Part shown: positions 1 to 13,770 of the stretch, piece by piece | How positions within the stretch are numbered: position 1 is the first letter of the stretch | Layout: every line of letters starts with the position of its first letter | Assembly (NCBI GenBank): GCA_013239625.1 | Contig: MU054187.1 | Coordinates: forward strand, 22,509,280 to 22,573,279 | Reading direction: 5' to 3' | DNA: 64,000 nucleotides | DNA from: Lama guanicoe | Taxonomy: Eukaryota | The notes under the pieces: model-generated | Seen by the model: only the letters and a program-made list of their open reading frames with translations | Told to the model about the DNA's origin: nothing | The model's database searches: none | Program-made: the position numbers and the translations under genes

Positions 1-870
1 TCGCTGGCTAACAGTGAAGAAAGGACAACCCTTTGAGGAGAAAGAAAGGGAGAGGTGTCAGGAAGCAGATGACTATTTACTAGAGAAACAGGGCTGCGAA
101 TGCTGGGCGGCATCGGGCCTAGCAGCTCCTCTGAAGCGACACTAATCTGTCTAGTTGTAGGGCCCCCCCCAACAGGGATTTTCAACTGTTAAGGAACAAG
201 GAACGAGAAAGAAGGTGGAATTCATTCAGAGTTTGAGTTTAAGTTCAACAAGGGAAACAGGATTTAAAAAGCTTGTGCAAGGTAGTGATTATAACAGTGG
301 GCCACAACTCTAAAGTAGTTATAATGATGACTTTGGATGAAGTAAAAAGTGAAGATGAGGGGAGTGTGAGGATGAGATAGGATGGCGAGAAAGTAATGGG
401 TTAACAGGTTGGCATTGGAATTGAAGTAAGTTGGGAAGAACAGATGGTCAGAGAATAGAGTATTTAAATTAGTAATTTCCTTTACGGGTGATGACAGGGT
501 TCAAGGTACACCAGTGAGTGAAGTAGAGAAACAGGTCACTGAAGAAGGGCAAGAGCCCGAGGCCCTGGCATTGCAGGTCACGCACGTGGGTGGGGGGAGG
601 ACTGAGAAGTGGGTGCCGGAGCTTTCAGTGGCTGCAGGGGCACGGTCAGCGACGACGGCGGAAGGAGGAAGTTTGCATAGCTCGACTGTGTCTGCCTGAG
701 AGGAGGAAGTTGTGACTGGCTGCAGAGGCAATGGTATGTTTCAGACTAGCAGGGTTTCAGTTAAGACAAGAGAGGAATTGGTAAGACTAGAGAAGCCTGC
801 AAATCATAAAGCAGGAGTTCAAACCAATGCATTGGAAAGTTCTGAGATGGCGGACTCAAGTGGGGATTTA

Positions 871-953
871 TTTTTAAAGGAGGCCCTGGGGATTGAACCC
901 AGGACCTCGTGCACGCTAAGCACGCGCTCTACCACTGAGCTGTCCCCTCCCCC
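871..953 (-). mobile_element. tRNA-derived SINE (Vic-1-like)
   Basis: Reverse complement of ggggagg..agctcagtggtagagcg..gcttagc..gcacgaggtcctgggttcaatcccc (A and B boxes); flanked by aagtggggattta / aggtgggactta. Confidence 0.85.
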
Positions 954-3112
954 AGGTGGGACTTAAGTCAGATCAGAGGAAACAGAGTTGATCAGTACTG
1001 GGACGAGAATCTAGATGAAAACAGATGATCCAGAAAGACTTGAGTTTTCCAGCAGTGACTGTGGTGAGCAGGGCTGTAATCTGTCGGGGAAGCAGCGCTG
1101 ACCGTTCTCAGGCTGGGCCATCCTGCTGTCCTCCCCAGGGCAGGGGGCGCCCGGCTCTGCACAGTGCTGTGGCAGGCCAGTAAGGCTCTGTCCCCTTAGA
1201 GCCCATGGGTGTGTTGGTGTCTTCCCTTTTTATATATAAAAAAGTAGAAGTAGCAAATTCTACTCAGAGCTGGAACTAAAAGGTAAAAAAAATTAAGACA
1301 GTACTGTGATATTCACATAGTAAGTACTCGAAGACGAACAGATTTTAGTATGTCTTTGTCCGTCTGTAAACCAGCACAAAACGTAATGGCTAAAGTCTTA
1401 GAACCTTGTTGTACATGTTTTCAAGTAGGCCTGTCAGTCATAATTTAGCACGTGCTAAAACAGAAATAAAAGAGTTTACAGAGAAGGGGAATCATTAAGT
1501 CTATAACTTGTTCAGGGAGAGGTCTTGGAGGAAGTTGTAGCGTTTGGATTGATTCTTAATAGCACTTTCATATACCACGAAAGGGCGTTCCAGAACGCAG
1601 GAGAGCCGTGAGAGCACGGGCACAGAACAGCCACGTGTGTGGTGTGCTTGGAGAGTATTAAGCAAGTTGATGGGGGCCGTGCCAGACAGCACAGGCTTCC
1701 TCCCCTCTGCCCCCGCCCCCACAGGGCCTGGGAGCCGCAGAGGTTTTTTCAAACTGGCGTGTCTTTTTTTAAAGGTACCTCTGGCAGCGATAAAAGACGA
1801 GACAGGCTGTGAAGTTTTTCCTTTTTTTTTTTTTTTTTTAATTGGATGCAAGATCAGTCGGCAGGAAATTCTGATGGTCCAGATAAGAGCTGATGGGAAG
1901 GTACATACAGGAGACTATGGTAGCAGTAGAAACGACCAGGAGGGGGAAGATGGGGAGCTCAGTGGGTAGAATGGCAGGATCCGACGGGGGCAGGTGAATG
2001 GCTGTCTCAGTGCAGGGCTCTGTGGACAGTTTTCTCCTGACCTCCGCTCACTGTCAGACTGTGCCTTGAGGCATAGTTTCAAGGCAGGAAGGGGAGCTGG
2101 GGGTAGGGATGGGAAGATGTAGTCTGCTTGCTTAACCGTTACTGTTAATATATTTAACAACTTTTCATACAAAGAAGAAAATGGTCTGAGGAAAGCACCG
2201 TTTTAACCGGCTGCCTTGTTTCAAAAGGCTCTTGACTTCCGGCTCTTAGATCCGAGTCGAGGCGAGGGCAGACGGGAGCGGTGGGAGTGCTGGAGGGGGA
2301 CTGGACCACCTGTAGAAACCTTCCGCACGAGCAAGTGGGAAGTCCAGACAGGCTTTGGCTTCCTGAGAGCTGTCTGAGCACACACCGACAGAGGTGGGGC
2401 TGGGGGGCAAGCCCTGGACCCCCCTGTCCGAATTCACCCACGCAGGGCTGTATCGTAAAAAATGAAATGTTATTCCACACCTTTGTAAATTGTAAAACAC
2501 TGATATTTAAGCATTTTCAGTATTTCCTGTATTTTGTTGGTTAATCCCATCAGGGAATTCTTTGAGTCTGGCAAAACTGAAAACGTATTATTTTAGAAAT
2601 GGTTATACTTGATGAGATGATTTGAAAAGACAGAAGTACGCATTCAGTTACTGACTGTCTCCATCCTGGAATGTCAGCTCGATGAACGACAGGGTCTTTA
2701 GTTTTTTCATTGTATCACCAGCTCCTGGGAAAATACATGATAAATAAGATTCTCGGTAAATAACTGATGAATGAATGAATTGGGTGAGTGAGTGAAAGAA
2801 ATGGACTCTTCAACCCAAGAGAAGTTAGGGAGACTCATGACACAATGTAACAATAATAGGTAAAGAGAAAAATTAGCGATTATTTTAAAATTGCAGCTTT
2901 TATCTGTAGTGCCACAATTATTTGTCATTCCAGTTTTCTCTGGGAAATGGTAAAATATTTTTATGAATAGGTCTTAAATGTGAATAGACTGCTATAAGAA
3001 AATGTGTACATTTAATATTATATTAACTAATAGCATAGTAGTAAATTATCTGTAGTAAATTGTGTTAGAATTCTTCCAACAAAATTTTTACGTTCTTCCT
3101 CTATGTGTTTAG

Positions 3113-3307
<195 letters not shown>

Positions 3308-4800
3308 ATGTGGCTTCTTGTCTTGGAGGAGCTCTTGCATTTAAATGCCCCAGCCAAGAAAAATTGCACAGATAGTGTATATAAGCTGTTCATTCTGTAC
3401 AGTGAATTTTCTGAACCTCTCAAAGTATAAATGTTTTCCGTTCTTCCACAGAAATATGCAAAACAGTTCATCCTTTTCTACTTTATTTATTGTTCCCTTG
3501 AAGTGACTGACCAGGAAAAAGATCATCCTTAAATTTTGAAGCAAGCAAGAGACTTTATTAAAAATAATAAGTATATATCTATATAAGCATATATGATAGT
3601 GGCTCTAGTTTTATAGAGCGCCAAGTGTATTAAACATGACAGCCGTTCATTCAAAAAAATAATCTGGATTTGCTTTACCTTGTTTCTGTTATCCAGGGGA
3701 AGAAGTTCAAGTTGCTCCATGTTTTTCTCCCTCACGTAACATCTCCTGAGGGTGTTTAGTTGCATGGCTGTGCAGGAAGGTATTAAGGGCTTAGGCCAAA
3801 TCTTTGAATATGTTTTAAAAAATGCTGCTGGCTTTTCTGAAGACAGGTGCTTGAACCTGTCGATTTGTTTTAAATAAATATAATAGTTGAAAATTTCCCT
3901 CTTTGCTACATCACTAATATAGTTAAAAAGTCGTGAATGAAATTGTAACTTACATGGAAGTCATATACTAGATCCCGTGCCACGTAGTTTATCCTAGAAA
4001 TTGGAGAGAATTCATTGAGCAGCTTAGGCGTTTGTTTACATGTGTCTTTGGGATGCTAGGTGTTCGTGGAATTAAAGAATCAGACATTTCTGTACTTTTG
4101 TTTTAAAAATCTGTGATGTTCTTTAAATTTAATTCATAATAAATTGATGCAGTTTGATACCTAGGAACATATAAAAAGGTAATGTGAACCTTTCTGCTTT
4201 TGTTTGTGTTAAAAGTTTTGGTTTTATAAAACCAGATGAAGACTTACGTAAGCATTTGAACACTCAAATAAGGCTAATGATTTTCTATTATTAGTGTTTA
4301 AATATCTTCATTGCTCTTAAATTCATGAAAATTCTATGTATCTGAATAGGTATGTAAAAAATATTTTGGTCCCTCCTTCCCCCTTTTTTATAGATTATTA
4401 TTTTTGTCCTAAGTAAATAACACTGTTTTTCATTATCAAGGGCATTTGCTAAACTACAAAGATGTATAACAAATTAAAATCTGATGTGAATAATATCAGT
4501 GCTACTTTAGCAAACTGGGCTTCCTTATTAATACACAGATTTAAATTTCCATTTGTATCATTTCAATCACTGTAAATTTCATTAACTTAAAAATTTTTAT
4601 AACCATAGAACTGACACCTTAGAATGTTATCTGTAACACATTTCACCAAGGACATTCAGAAGATATTAGTATACAATTTAATTTCCCTAAATAGTAGTTT
4701 TTGTTTTGCCAAAATTTTATTTTTCTACATATTTAGATTGTATTCTGCATTTCTATTCAAATTTCATAGTCAAGATGAAATAAAAGTCAGTGATCCACTT
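3308..4800 (+). other. WWP1: WWP1 3' UTR, AU-rich, with candidate poly(A) signals
   Basis: Follows the stop codon. AATAAA at 3873-3878, 4138-4143 and 4779-4784. The true end cannot be determined from sequence alone. Confidence 0.7.
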
Positions 4801-5049
4801 GGTTGAATAGACTCCTTTCCCAAATCCTAATTGCTGCTCTTCTAGTTATTCTGAAGCCTAAAGATTGAAAACAAAATAGAACCCTCATGTATATGACAGA
4901 CTATGCAATAAAGGGTGACCAGGCCTCAAAAGGGCTACTTAAATTACACCACGCAGCCCGCACCACTGCGGGTGACTTCTGCTCTGACAGGGTCACTGTC
5001 ATTCAGTGGAGGTGTGTGAGAACAGTGGTAGATTTGACTGAAGACAGGG

Positions 5050-5810
5050 TGCGGGTCCCCCGCTCCTCACTTCAGGTGAGAAATGACTGTACAGCATTGG
5101 CGGGGACACAGAGCTGCCTGCAGCGGGGCCGGACCAGCTTTCTGGAGAAGGCTAGTTTGGACGACTCATCAGGGCCTTGTCTTGCATGCCAGCTGTAGAA
5201 ACCCCGGCCTGGCCGCAGGATGTACCGTCCTGATCTGCCCAGCCGGCGGCATGAGACCCGAGGCTCGTTCTCCCCCCCCCCCCGCCCCGCCCCGCGCGGG
5301 CGGGCACGTGGCGAGGCGGGCGGCGGGAGCGGCGCGCGCGGCGCGTGCTGTCACTGCGTCTCAGCGGCGCTCGCCGCCACTGCCGCCGGAGCGAGCCCAG
5401 GCAGCGCGTCACAGGCACGACTCGCCTCATCAGATGAGCTGCCTGTCTGCCAGCGCGAAAAGCAGCAAGTGGAGTTTTCTTTTTTGTGTTTGGCGCTGCC
5501 CGCCGCCTTTGGTCACCGCCCGGCTCCTCCAGGCCCAGACTAGACGGGGGAGGGGGGGCGGTGCCAGCAGCGTTGTCGGGCAGTGTTGCTTCCGCTAAAA
5601 ATGACCCCTGACTGATGTTGCGTCTGGACTGGGCGAATTCCAGACACTCGACAGGGAACCGTAGCCGGGAGTGTGGGGACGAGTAACCACACGTCCCTCA
5701 GGAGGCCCCTGAGGGGCACCCGGGGAGACGATGTGCCGGGAGCTGCCCTGGACGCGCTGCTGGAAGGGCGCCGTTTGCTCGTACGGGGGCCTGACAGACC
5801 TGCTGGGCCA
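5050..5810. promoter_or_regulatory. CpG island not at an identifiable gene start
   Basis: Dense CpG/GC stretch with GC boxes (ccccgccccgccc ~5278-5293) and a CACGTG E-box (5305-5310). Confidence 0.65.
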
Positions 5811-7077
5811 GCTTTCATTTCTGTAGCCTTCTGAGCAAACTGGTGCCAAATGAAGCCTGTCACGGGCTTTTTGAGTATGAATATTTGGTTGAACCTAAGA
5901 AGATCCTCTTGTGTACACTGCAGACGTCGAACAGAAATCTCTCATTGAATTAGGTGGATGCGAGAATAAAGGTTCTCTTATGACCCTCCCCACTTTTCAT
6001 AATCCATCGAACTTAAAAGCCAAACTCGAGGTCAACTCGGGATTTGTCTGTCCCTCAAGGGAACAGCCCAGACCGCATCAGAGGCGGCTTTCCCTTTATG
6101 AGGCTGCTTTGTACGAGTGTATACTCCTCAGTTAGAAGACAGACACGCAGGCCCCGTTCTAAGAGGGCAGTACCGTGGGTCAGAGCAGGACATTCATTAA
6201 ATAAACTCCTTGGCCCTTACCAAAGTAATTAACCCCTCCTATTTTTTCCCCCCAATAATGCCCAGGCAAGAGTCCAAAATAGGTTGCATCATGAGTGCCC
6301 CATGAATGCAAAAAATCCAAAAGCCCCAAACCAACAGCAAAGACATGAAAGTACAAAAGTGGCGCTCCTAAATTCCAGATTCCTCCCCGGTCTCAACCAG
6401 AGAGAACGCAACCAGACGCTGACAGCACTTTATAATTATGTACTGATACGGTAAATCCTATACGTGTCCTTTAGCCCTCAAAATTCTATGAGGTCGGGTG
6501 GCTTTTTTTTTTCTTTTTCCTTGTAATTATGCTTATTTTAAAAAGTGAGTGAGAGACGTCATTTTTAAGAAGTCCACAGCTAGTCCACAGTCTATAAATA
6601 CTGGGTAAAATTTTGGTAACGAGCAGTTAAATTGAGAGCTTTCAGGGTCTTGTAGGATAACAGCCGCTTTCCAAATCAGATTTTTTTTCTCTCTTTCATA
6701 AAAGAAGGAACATATCCACAAGAAGAGGCCGTTATAATCACTCACAGCCCGTGTTGGTAACATGTTTAGAAGACAGAATACTAAAAGCTTCGGTTTACAC
6801 GTATGTGGGGAGAGGCATCTCCGACTAGCAGGCATCCCTGGGTGCACGAGAACAGGCAAGCGGGCGCTGCGCAGGGAGAGCATAATGGGGCCCTAGGGTC
6901 CATTCCCAGAAGTAGCAGGTCTCACCTGAGTGGGGAAATGCCAAGAATCGGACTCCTGGGACGTCAGAAGAGGTTGAGAAAGCGCACAGGATCAGGAGCC
7001 TGGGAAGGTACCACATCTAGGAGAAGGGAGTGTCCCTTTGTAAACAGGAAAAAAATTAGGAAAACAGCTCTATAAAA

Positions 7078-7715
7078 GACCCAGCAGCCACACTTGTGGA
7101 TGTTCATCCCAGAGAGATAGAAATTGATGTTATACAACCCCTACCTAATGTTCATGACAGCCACAGATCGGAAAGGGCCTAAATGCCCCAAGCAGACGGT
7201 TGAATAAACTGGTAGGCCCACTGAAGGAAACACGATCAACAATAAAAAAGAAGGAACTGTTGACTGGATTCAGATCGGTCTCAAAGGCGTTACGCTGAAT
7301 GAAAAAAGTCAGTCTCAAAAGGTCACATCCTGTATGATTCCATTTACGTAGCACTGAAGTGACAAGTTACAGAGAACAGATGAGTGGCTGTCAGGATTAG
7401 GGATGGTGACAGTGGAGGTGCGTGGGTGTGATTATAAAGAGCAGCACTAGGGGCTTCTGTGAGGGGACAGTTCCGCATCTTGACTGTGGTGGCAGTTACA
7501 AAAACTTAACACGTGTGACAAAACTGCACAGGACACACACGAGAGCATTTAAATGTGGTAAAATCAGTCAGCCTGCGGACTGTGCAGTTTCCTGGGTTTG
7601 ATACTGCACTACAGGGAAGTGTTAACCACTGAGGCAGACTGGGGGAAGGGTGCACAGGACCTCTCTGCACTATTTTTTGGCAACTTCCTATGAATCTATA
7701 ATTATTTCAAAGTGA
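7078..7715 (+). mobile_element. Old LINE-1 3' end (L1MC-like)
   Basis: gacccagca...tgtatgattccattta...caacttcctatgaatctataattatttcaaa resembles L1M 3' UTR consensus. Confidence 0.7.
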
Positions 7716-7860
7716 AAATTTTAAAAAAGCTCCATAAAAGGCTTTTTACTGAAAGATTCTTCATTTTACAGAAACCGCTTAGCAGAGGGAATTTCTGAGC
7801 TAACCCAAGCCCCTTACCTCCCATTTGATAACCCGGCATTGCTGGCAACTCTGCACAGAC

Positions 7861-7905
7861 AAAAAAAAAAAAAAAAAAAAAAACCACACACACACACACA
7901 CACAC
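7861..7905 (+). repeat. (A)n(CA)n compound microsatellite
   Basis: Direct reading. Confidence 0.9.
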
Positions 7906-9583
7906 CTGCAAAAAATAACAGTCAAAGTCACAAAGACAAAATTGAAAATGAGGAAATTTCAGGTGAAAATGCTGAAAATAGAAAAAAACAAATTCTTTAA
8001 CACAAAAACTAGTAACTAATTAAACATAAGTAAATAATTGCAGAAATGAAAGAAAAATCCAAATTAAAAGACTCAGATTTGGACAAACAACATGAAGATA
8101 TAGAATGCCTGCTAACTGAAACCAGGGGAAAAAGTTAAAGACAAAAACATCTCACAAGTGCAGACAAATGGTATCTAAGGAAGAAAATATATAATTAAAA
8201 ATAAAGTAAGGGACATGAAAGATGGAAATGAAGAGTCAAGATAATGAAACAAAGAGGTAAATAGAAAAATCAGAAAGAAAGTGATAATTATAAGAGGCAA
8301 AGATCTAATACACATACAGTTACTGGAGTCCCTGAAAATAAGATGGAACAGTGTGTCTCTAACTGTGGTCTGTGAGGCCATTCTGGAGTGATGGGCCATC
8401 TAAGACAACTGGACTGGCCTCTTCAGAAAGTCAGTGCTGTGAGGAGAAAAAAAAGAGATGAAGGAACTGTTTCAGATTTTAAAAAACTAAGGCAGAAAAT
8501 GAAATGCAATGTATGATCTTTGAATCCTGGTTTTGAAAAGTGTAAGACCTTTTGGGACATTTGAGGATACCTGAATATGGCTGGGTATTTTATGACGTTA
8601 CAGAATTACTGTTAACTTTCTAGTTGCAAACGTTCTGGTTGTAATGTGGATTTGTGTTTGTTTAGAAGGATGCCCTTATTCTGAGACAATGAATGCTGAA
8701 ATACTTAGGGATGAAATGTATTGTCTTCAACGGTTTAGAAATACATGTATATACAGGAACAGAAGTAAAATATAGCAAAGATCGGCAATTGTTGAATCAG
8801 AGATGGGTACACAGAGTCCAATACGTTCACTTTTCCCTTTTGTTTGAAAATACACATGATAAAACAGAAACAGCACATCCCCACCACATTACAGTGTGTT
8901 TCCTGTGAGGAAAACCCATGCACACACACACTCAGGTTATCTACGTGGCATGCACGGTGCTCCTTTTTACAAAACTTAATAAGAGTTTGGAGTGGTGGCA
9001 CCCTCAGTAAGTAGCATCGTTCTATTTTAAATATTTTAATTTCCATTTCACCCTTGATTTCTGTGTTCCTTTCATCCCATTAGGGAACAGAATTCGGGCT
9101 CTGCCTAGTGACAAAATCAATCCACTTGTGAGACTACTTCACATTTTAAAAAGCACACCACTCCATTTTCAGTCCTCCTGACGTGAGTCCTTTCTTCACG
9201 CAGGCTGGCTCCAAGACACGTCCTTTACCTACTTTACACCAAGAACCCTCAACATCCTAACCTCTTACCATTCATTGCACCTTCTCTGCAAGATCTCAAC
9301 CTTGAATCACTCCAACCTGAAAAGGCACTCCCCCTATGTCACTTCTTCCAGAGCTTTCTTTTCTTGATCTCCTCCCATCCTGATGTGATCCAGTCCCCCT
9401 TAGAAATCTCGTACCACTCTGTATGGCTGGTGTCTCGGATGCACAATCATCTCTACCACTCTCGTGACAGTTACTTATTTTGCCTTGTTATTTGCAAAGA
9501 AATCTAGAATTTTGTATACTGAATTTGTTAAATGGTCACAACATTAAAAGAACTGAGAAAACATCCATGGAACAGTTAATGTA

Positions 9584-9589
9584 TTTATT
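9584..9589 (-). terminator. RMDN1: Proximal poly(A) signal of RMDN1
   Basis: tttatt on + (AATAAA on -), ~55 nt after the stop codon. Confidence 0.6.
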
Positions 9590-9644
9590 ATTGTTATAAT
9601 TTGATGAAAAGGCAGTGTTTGTTAGATATTTCACTGGAAAATTC

Positions 9645-9695
9645 TTAATTCTTGTCACTGAAACCTGTAAGCAACTGAGCAGCTTCTGTCTGTAC
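9645..9695 (-). CDS. RMDN1: RMDN1 exon 10 (last coding)
   Basis: tttag acceptor; VQTEAAQLLTGFSDKN* (TAA). Confidence 0.95.
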   Translation of the reverse strand, partial: VQTEAAQLLTGFSDKN

Positions 9696-10117
9696 CTAAA
9701 ATATAAGAATAAATGTTGCAAATCAACAGTACAGCAGAAATCAACTTGTGAAATTTAAGTTCATAAAATCTAAGAGTTTCCAAAAAGCCAGGAGAGCACA
9801 CTATAAAATTTCTTTTATCTTGACCTGGTGAGACTCACAGAGCCCTTCCACATTAGTACACACCCCTTGCTTTTTATGTTCTAGAAATCTTACTTGATCT
9901 GCTGTATATATCAAACAGGACTAATTCTACACTGCAACACATAATTCATACATCTGTTGATAGTAGCTATTTGCTATTATACACACTTGAAATTAACACT
10001 GTTATTTTAACAATATGCACTTAGACAACTACGCTTTTCAAGAAGTTCCTAATTCACCTGTACTTCATGGTGCCTCAGTGGAAACCTAATAGCCTTACCC
10101 TATTGGTGACATTTTAC

Positions 10118-10251
10118 CTGTTTATCCTCCTCTGTGTGCACTGGGTAGTCCTTGGCTTTTGTTAGCCAGAAAGCAGCAAGCTTTTTGTTACGTAGCTTCA
10201 AATACGTCTTTCCTAACAGAAGCAAGTTTTTGCTGTAGAAGTTTGGTTCCA
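10118..10251 (-). CDS. RMDN1: RMDN1 exon 9
   Basis: cag/gtaaa; (V)EPNFYSKNLLLLGKTYLKLRNKKLAAFWLTKAKDYPVHTEEDKQ, 134 nt. Confidence 0.95.
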
Positions 10252-12578
10252 CTGTACATAAGAAAGAAAAAAAATTTATCTCACGTGAAAGAGTATTGCT
10301 CTTATTTTTAAGGGCTTAGTTTTTTGGCCTAAATTCCAGTAATATTTTGTGTGGTCAATACATGATTAGGCTAATTGGAATTCCCTTTTGTTCTATCATT
10401 CTATTCATATCTCAAAAATTTTATAATATAATTACTATTTATTGAGTGTCTACTATGTGCTAGGCACTACAGTATATACATTTCTCATTTCCCACAAGTG
10501 TATAAAATAGATACTCCATGTAGGAGGAAAACATGGTCCTGAGAGAATGTACGCCCCGTAAGGACAGGGGTTTTCTCTGTATAATCACTTTTATTCTCTG
10601 TATCCTGAGTGCCTAGAACAGTGCCTGGAACTGTACTCAATGCACATTTGCTGGATGAGTGAATGAAATCATGATGCTACACACACATGCGATCAGTGTT
10701 TACTGAATGTGGGCTATCCTCAAACATCGCTAAAACAGAGTCACTGCTCTTTGGGAATTTACAATAAGGAGACGCAAGCATGAGCACAACCAAGCGTCAC
10801 ATGAGAGTAAAAGGAAGGCTCTCACTGGTGGACACAGTTGAAGTGCTGTGAGAAACCAAAGAAAAAACAACTGACACCTGGGCTGACTTGGAGGCTGAAG
10901 AGGATTTTAACAGAAAAGGGGAGAACATTCCTGGCTGAGGGAAAAATGTGAACAAAAGCCTATGAATGAAATCATGTGACTGTTTCACTAACTTCATTAA
11001 CTCTTTACAGTTTGCTCCTATCAACCTGGGACCCTTCTATATTCAAAGCATACTTTTTCCTGGATATAATTTATGATTAACTCCATTTGCTCCTTAACCC
11101 AAAATTTACTTTAATTTGAACACACTGTGAGATGCCATGGCGATGTGCTTAAGGTTTCCCTGCAGTTAAGTAAATTCATTCATTTTTTCATTCATCTACT
11201 TATTCAGCAAATCTGCCAAGCATTATATTAAACAATGAGGATGCAGCTGGGAGCAAGAAGACAGTCCCCACTTTACCTGAATTTGGTTTTAGACACATAA
11301 ACTTCATACTGTGGAACGATAAGGGCCATGATGGTGGAAGTAAGAGGTACTGAAGCATAGGAGAAGCTTCCAAACCAGTCATGAGCCGTAAGGAAAGGCT
11401 GCCTAAAGGCTGCCTTCAAGGTAAAGCCTGGAGGGTGACTGGAATTCCTGAGGATTATTTTAGCTCCACAAGAGTATGACCATGTTTTTCTCAACATCCC
11501 GAACCCCTAGGTCTCTAAGGCCCTACTTTAACTTTACAGTTACACTTCTAAGTCTCTCTGAGGAAACCGCATTCCCAGGTCACGTCTATGATATGTAAAA
11601 CTACCGTTATGAGAGGATATCAATGGAAGATGGTAACAGTAAATGAGGATAAATACATTACAGAGAGTTAAAATGCAGACAATTCTTTAGAAGTAATGTT
11701 TTAAAAAATGCTTTGCTATCAATGAAAGCTTTTGAACAAGCTCGTATGAGCAGGCTCTCAAATGTAATAAACTGTCTTTAGTTTTCTTCTGATTAAGTTT
11801 TACAGAAATATATTTGCTTTTCTTTTTTTTCTTTTTTTCGGTGTTCCTGGCAACACAGGGCTTCTGTCCCTTACTTCTCTAGTGTGTGCTGTAAGTATTA
11901 GGGAGGATAAACAGGATAGGCTGATGTTAGTTTCTAGACTGGCTATTTCTTCAAGTAAGAGTGACATGAAACTCTTCTTCACAAAAGGCAGTTAATCTGC
12001 AGCAGAACAAAAACTGGCCTGACACGTTTTTTTAAAACCAGGTCTCATCTAATTGCCATCTGAAATTTGCAAAGAGTCAATCTTGAAAAAGTACTTTTTT
12101 CTTATTATGTAAGGTGACAGGTGTTAACTACACTCACTGTTGTAGCTTTTCGCAGTGTACACAAATATCAAATCATTATGTTGTACACGTGAAACTAATA
12201 CATCAATTACACTTCAATTTTAAAAAATAAAAATTTTAAATGAAAATAAACACATGCCTCTAATTGGCTGTGTAATCTTGAATAAACAGTTAAATCTTGA
12301 CAGGTTAGCTCTTCAGGATTACACAGCCTTCTCAAAAAGGAAGGCTGAATTCCACTGAAAGAAGGACCATTCCAGAACTGCAGCTCTGAATTCAGAAGTG
12401 GCCTGTTTCTCTTACTCAGGTGATCTTTAAATAAGGACTTTAAAAATTATTGGATAATGTCTAGCTAAAAAGTTTATTAAATATATCAGAACAAATTATT
12501 TTTGTTTAAAAAATTTCTATTATACATATGAAGCATTCATCAATTTTAACAATTAGTATGTGAAATAAAAACTGTTAC

Positions 12579-12609
12579 CTTGCTCTGCTCTGTGAAAGTA
12601 GCCTAGAGC
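12579..12609 (-). CDS. RMDN1: RMDN1 exon 8
   Basis: aacag/gtaac; ALGYFHRAEQ+G, 31 nt. Confidence 0.93.
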
Positions 12610-13682
12610 CTGTTAAAAACACAAAGAGCCCAAACATAAGGAAAAGGATTAAAACAGAATCAATCCTAAAAAAGCATTTTCTCGAAAGATCTATTACTGT
12701 GTTAAATATAAGATAGGAAGTACATGAAAACATCTTAAAATAATGGTCCCCCTTAAAAAAAATGATCAATTCATCAACAGGAAGTTAGTTAATACAGCAA
12801 AACTGAACATAACACTATTAAATCATCAAAGTACAGATTACAATACGTGGACCACTTCTAATAATAACGTGATTGCTCTTTAGAACTTGTACCAAACCAG
12901 CATCATATGCAGAGAGGAAAGAACATTATCATGTGCACCTCAGGTATTTTGATCTCCCTCTTCCTGAAGCATCACGGTGACCACTGTTAAAACTAGATAA
13001 AGTCAGAGCTGAGTCCACTCAGTAATACATAGGTTGCACCAGTGAATACACACAGGTGTACCCATGAAACTCCCTGCTAATTCTTTCTGTCCCACTTAAA
13101 GCTTGTTATTATACAAATATTGAGAAAGCTTTTTCAATTGCCTATTTCCTTACTCTAAAAATTTTGTGATGGGTAAACCGAAAATCCTTTTCAGATTTTA
13201 TTAACAGGAAAATCAAAAGGCCCTGGACATATGAGACACTATAAGCCTTTCAAACCTGCTTTAAAAAAGATGTTATAATTACTCTTCCTTTATCAATACA
13301 AACACATGCTTTATTTTCCAGGTGAATGACTATTACTGTACAGAATGTGCACCTAAAACATACTGAGAAATAGTTGCTCTATTTCTTGTTCTGGTTTATG
13401 ACTTTGGTATAGATTTCAAACAGAAAATGAAGGTAGACTTTAGCCATCAGCTATATTAGCTGACAATATACCAGAATTATCAGCCACTCACCTAAAGGGA
13501 AAAAAAAAACACTCACCAGTCATGGACAATACGTATTAAGCCTTTGTGATAAAGACAGTTGCACTGGATCATTAGAAACGTGCTCAAGTCCCTCACTGAT
13601 CAGAGCTCCAGATGTGTGGACACCGTAGCGTGGCAGAGCAGTTAAGAAATCAGTACTAACTTAACAAAGGACATCACACTAC

Positions 13683-13770
13683 CTCCTCATAGGTGGAACT
13701 AGGAGGAGTTGCAAACAGCATTTTAGCAATTCTTCTTTGATACCAAGGCATTTCAGCAAAAGTGTAACAC
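13683..13770 (-). CDS. RMDN1: RMDN1 exon 7
   Basis: tag/gtagt; (W)CYTFAEMPWYQRRIAKMLFATPPSSTYEE, 88 nt. Confidence 0.95.

Noticed and set aside
4887..5863. Cluster of 60-171 aa ORFs on both strands
   Set aside because: Low-complexity Arg/Ala/Pro products expected from stop-poor GC-rich DNA; no recognisable protein
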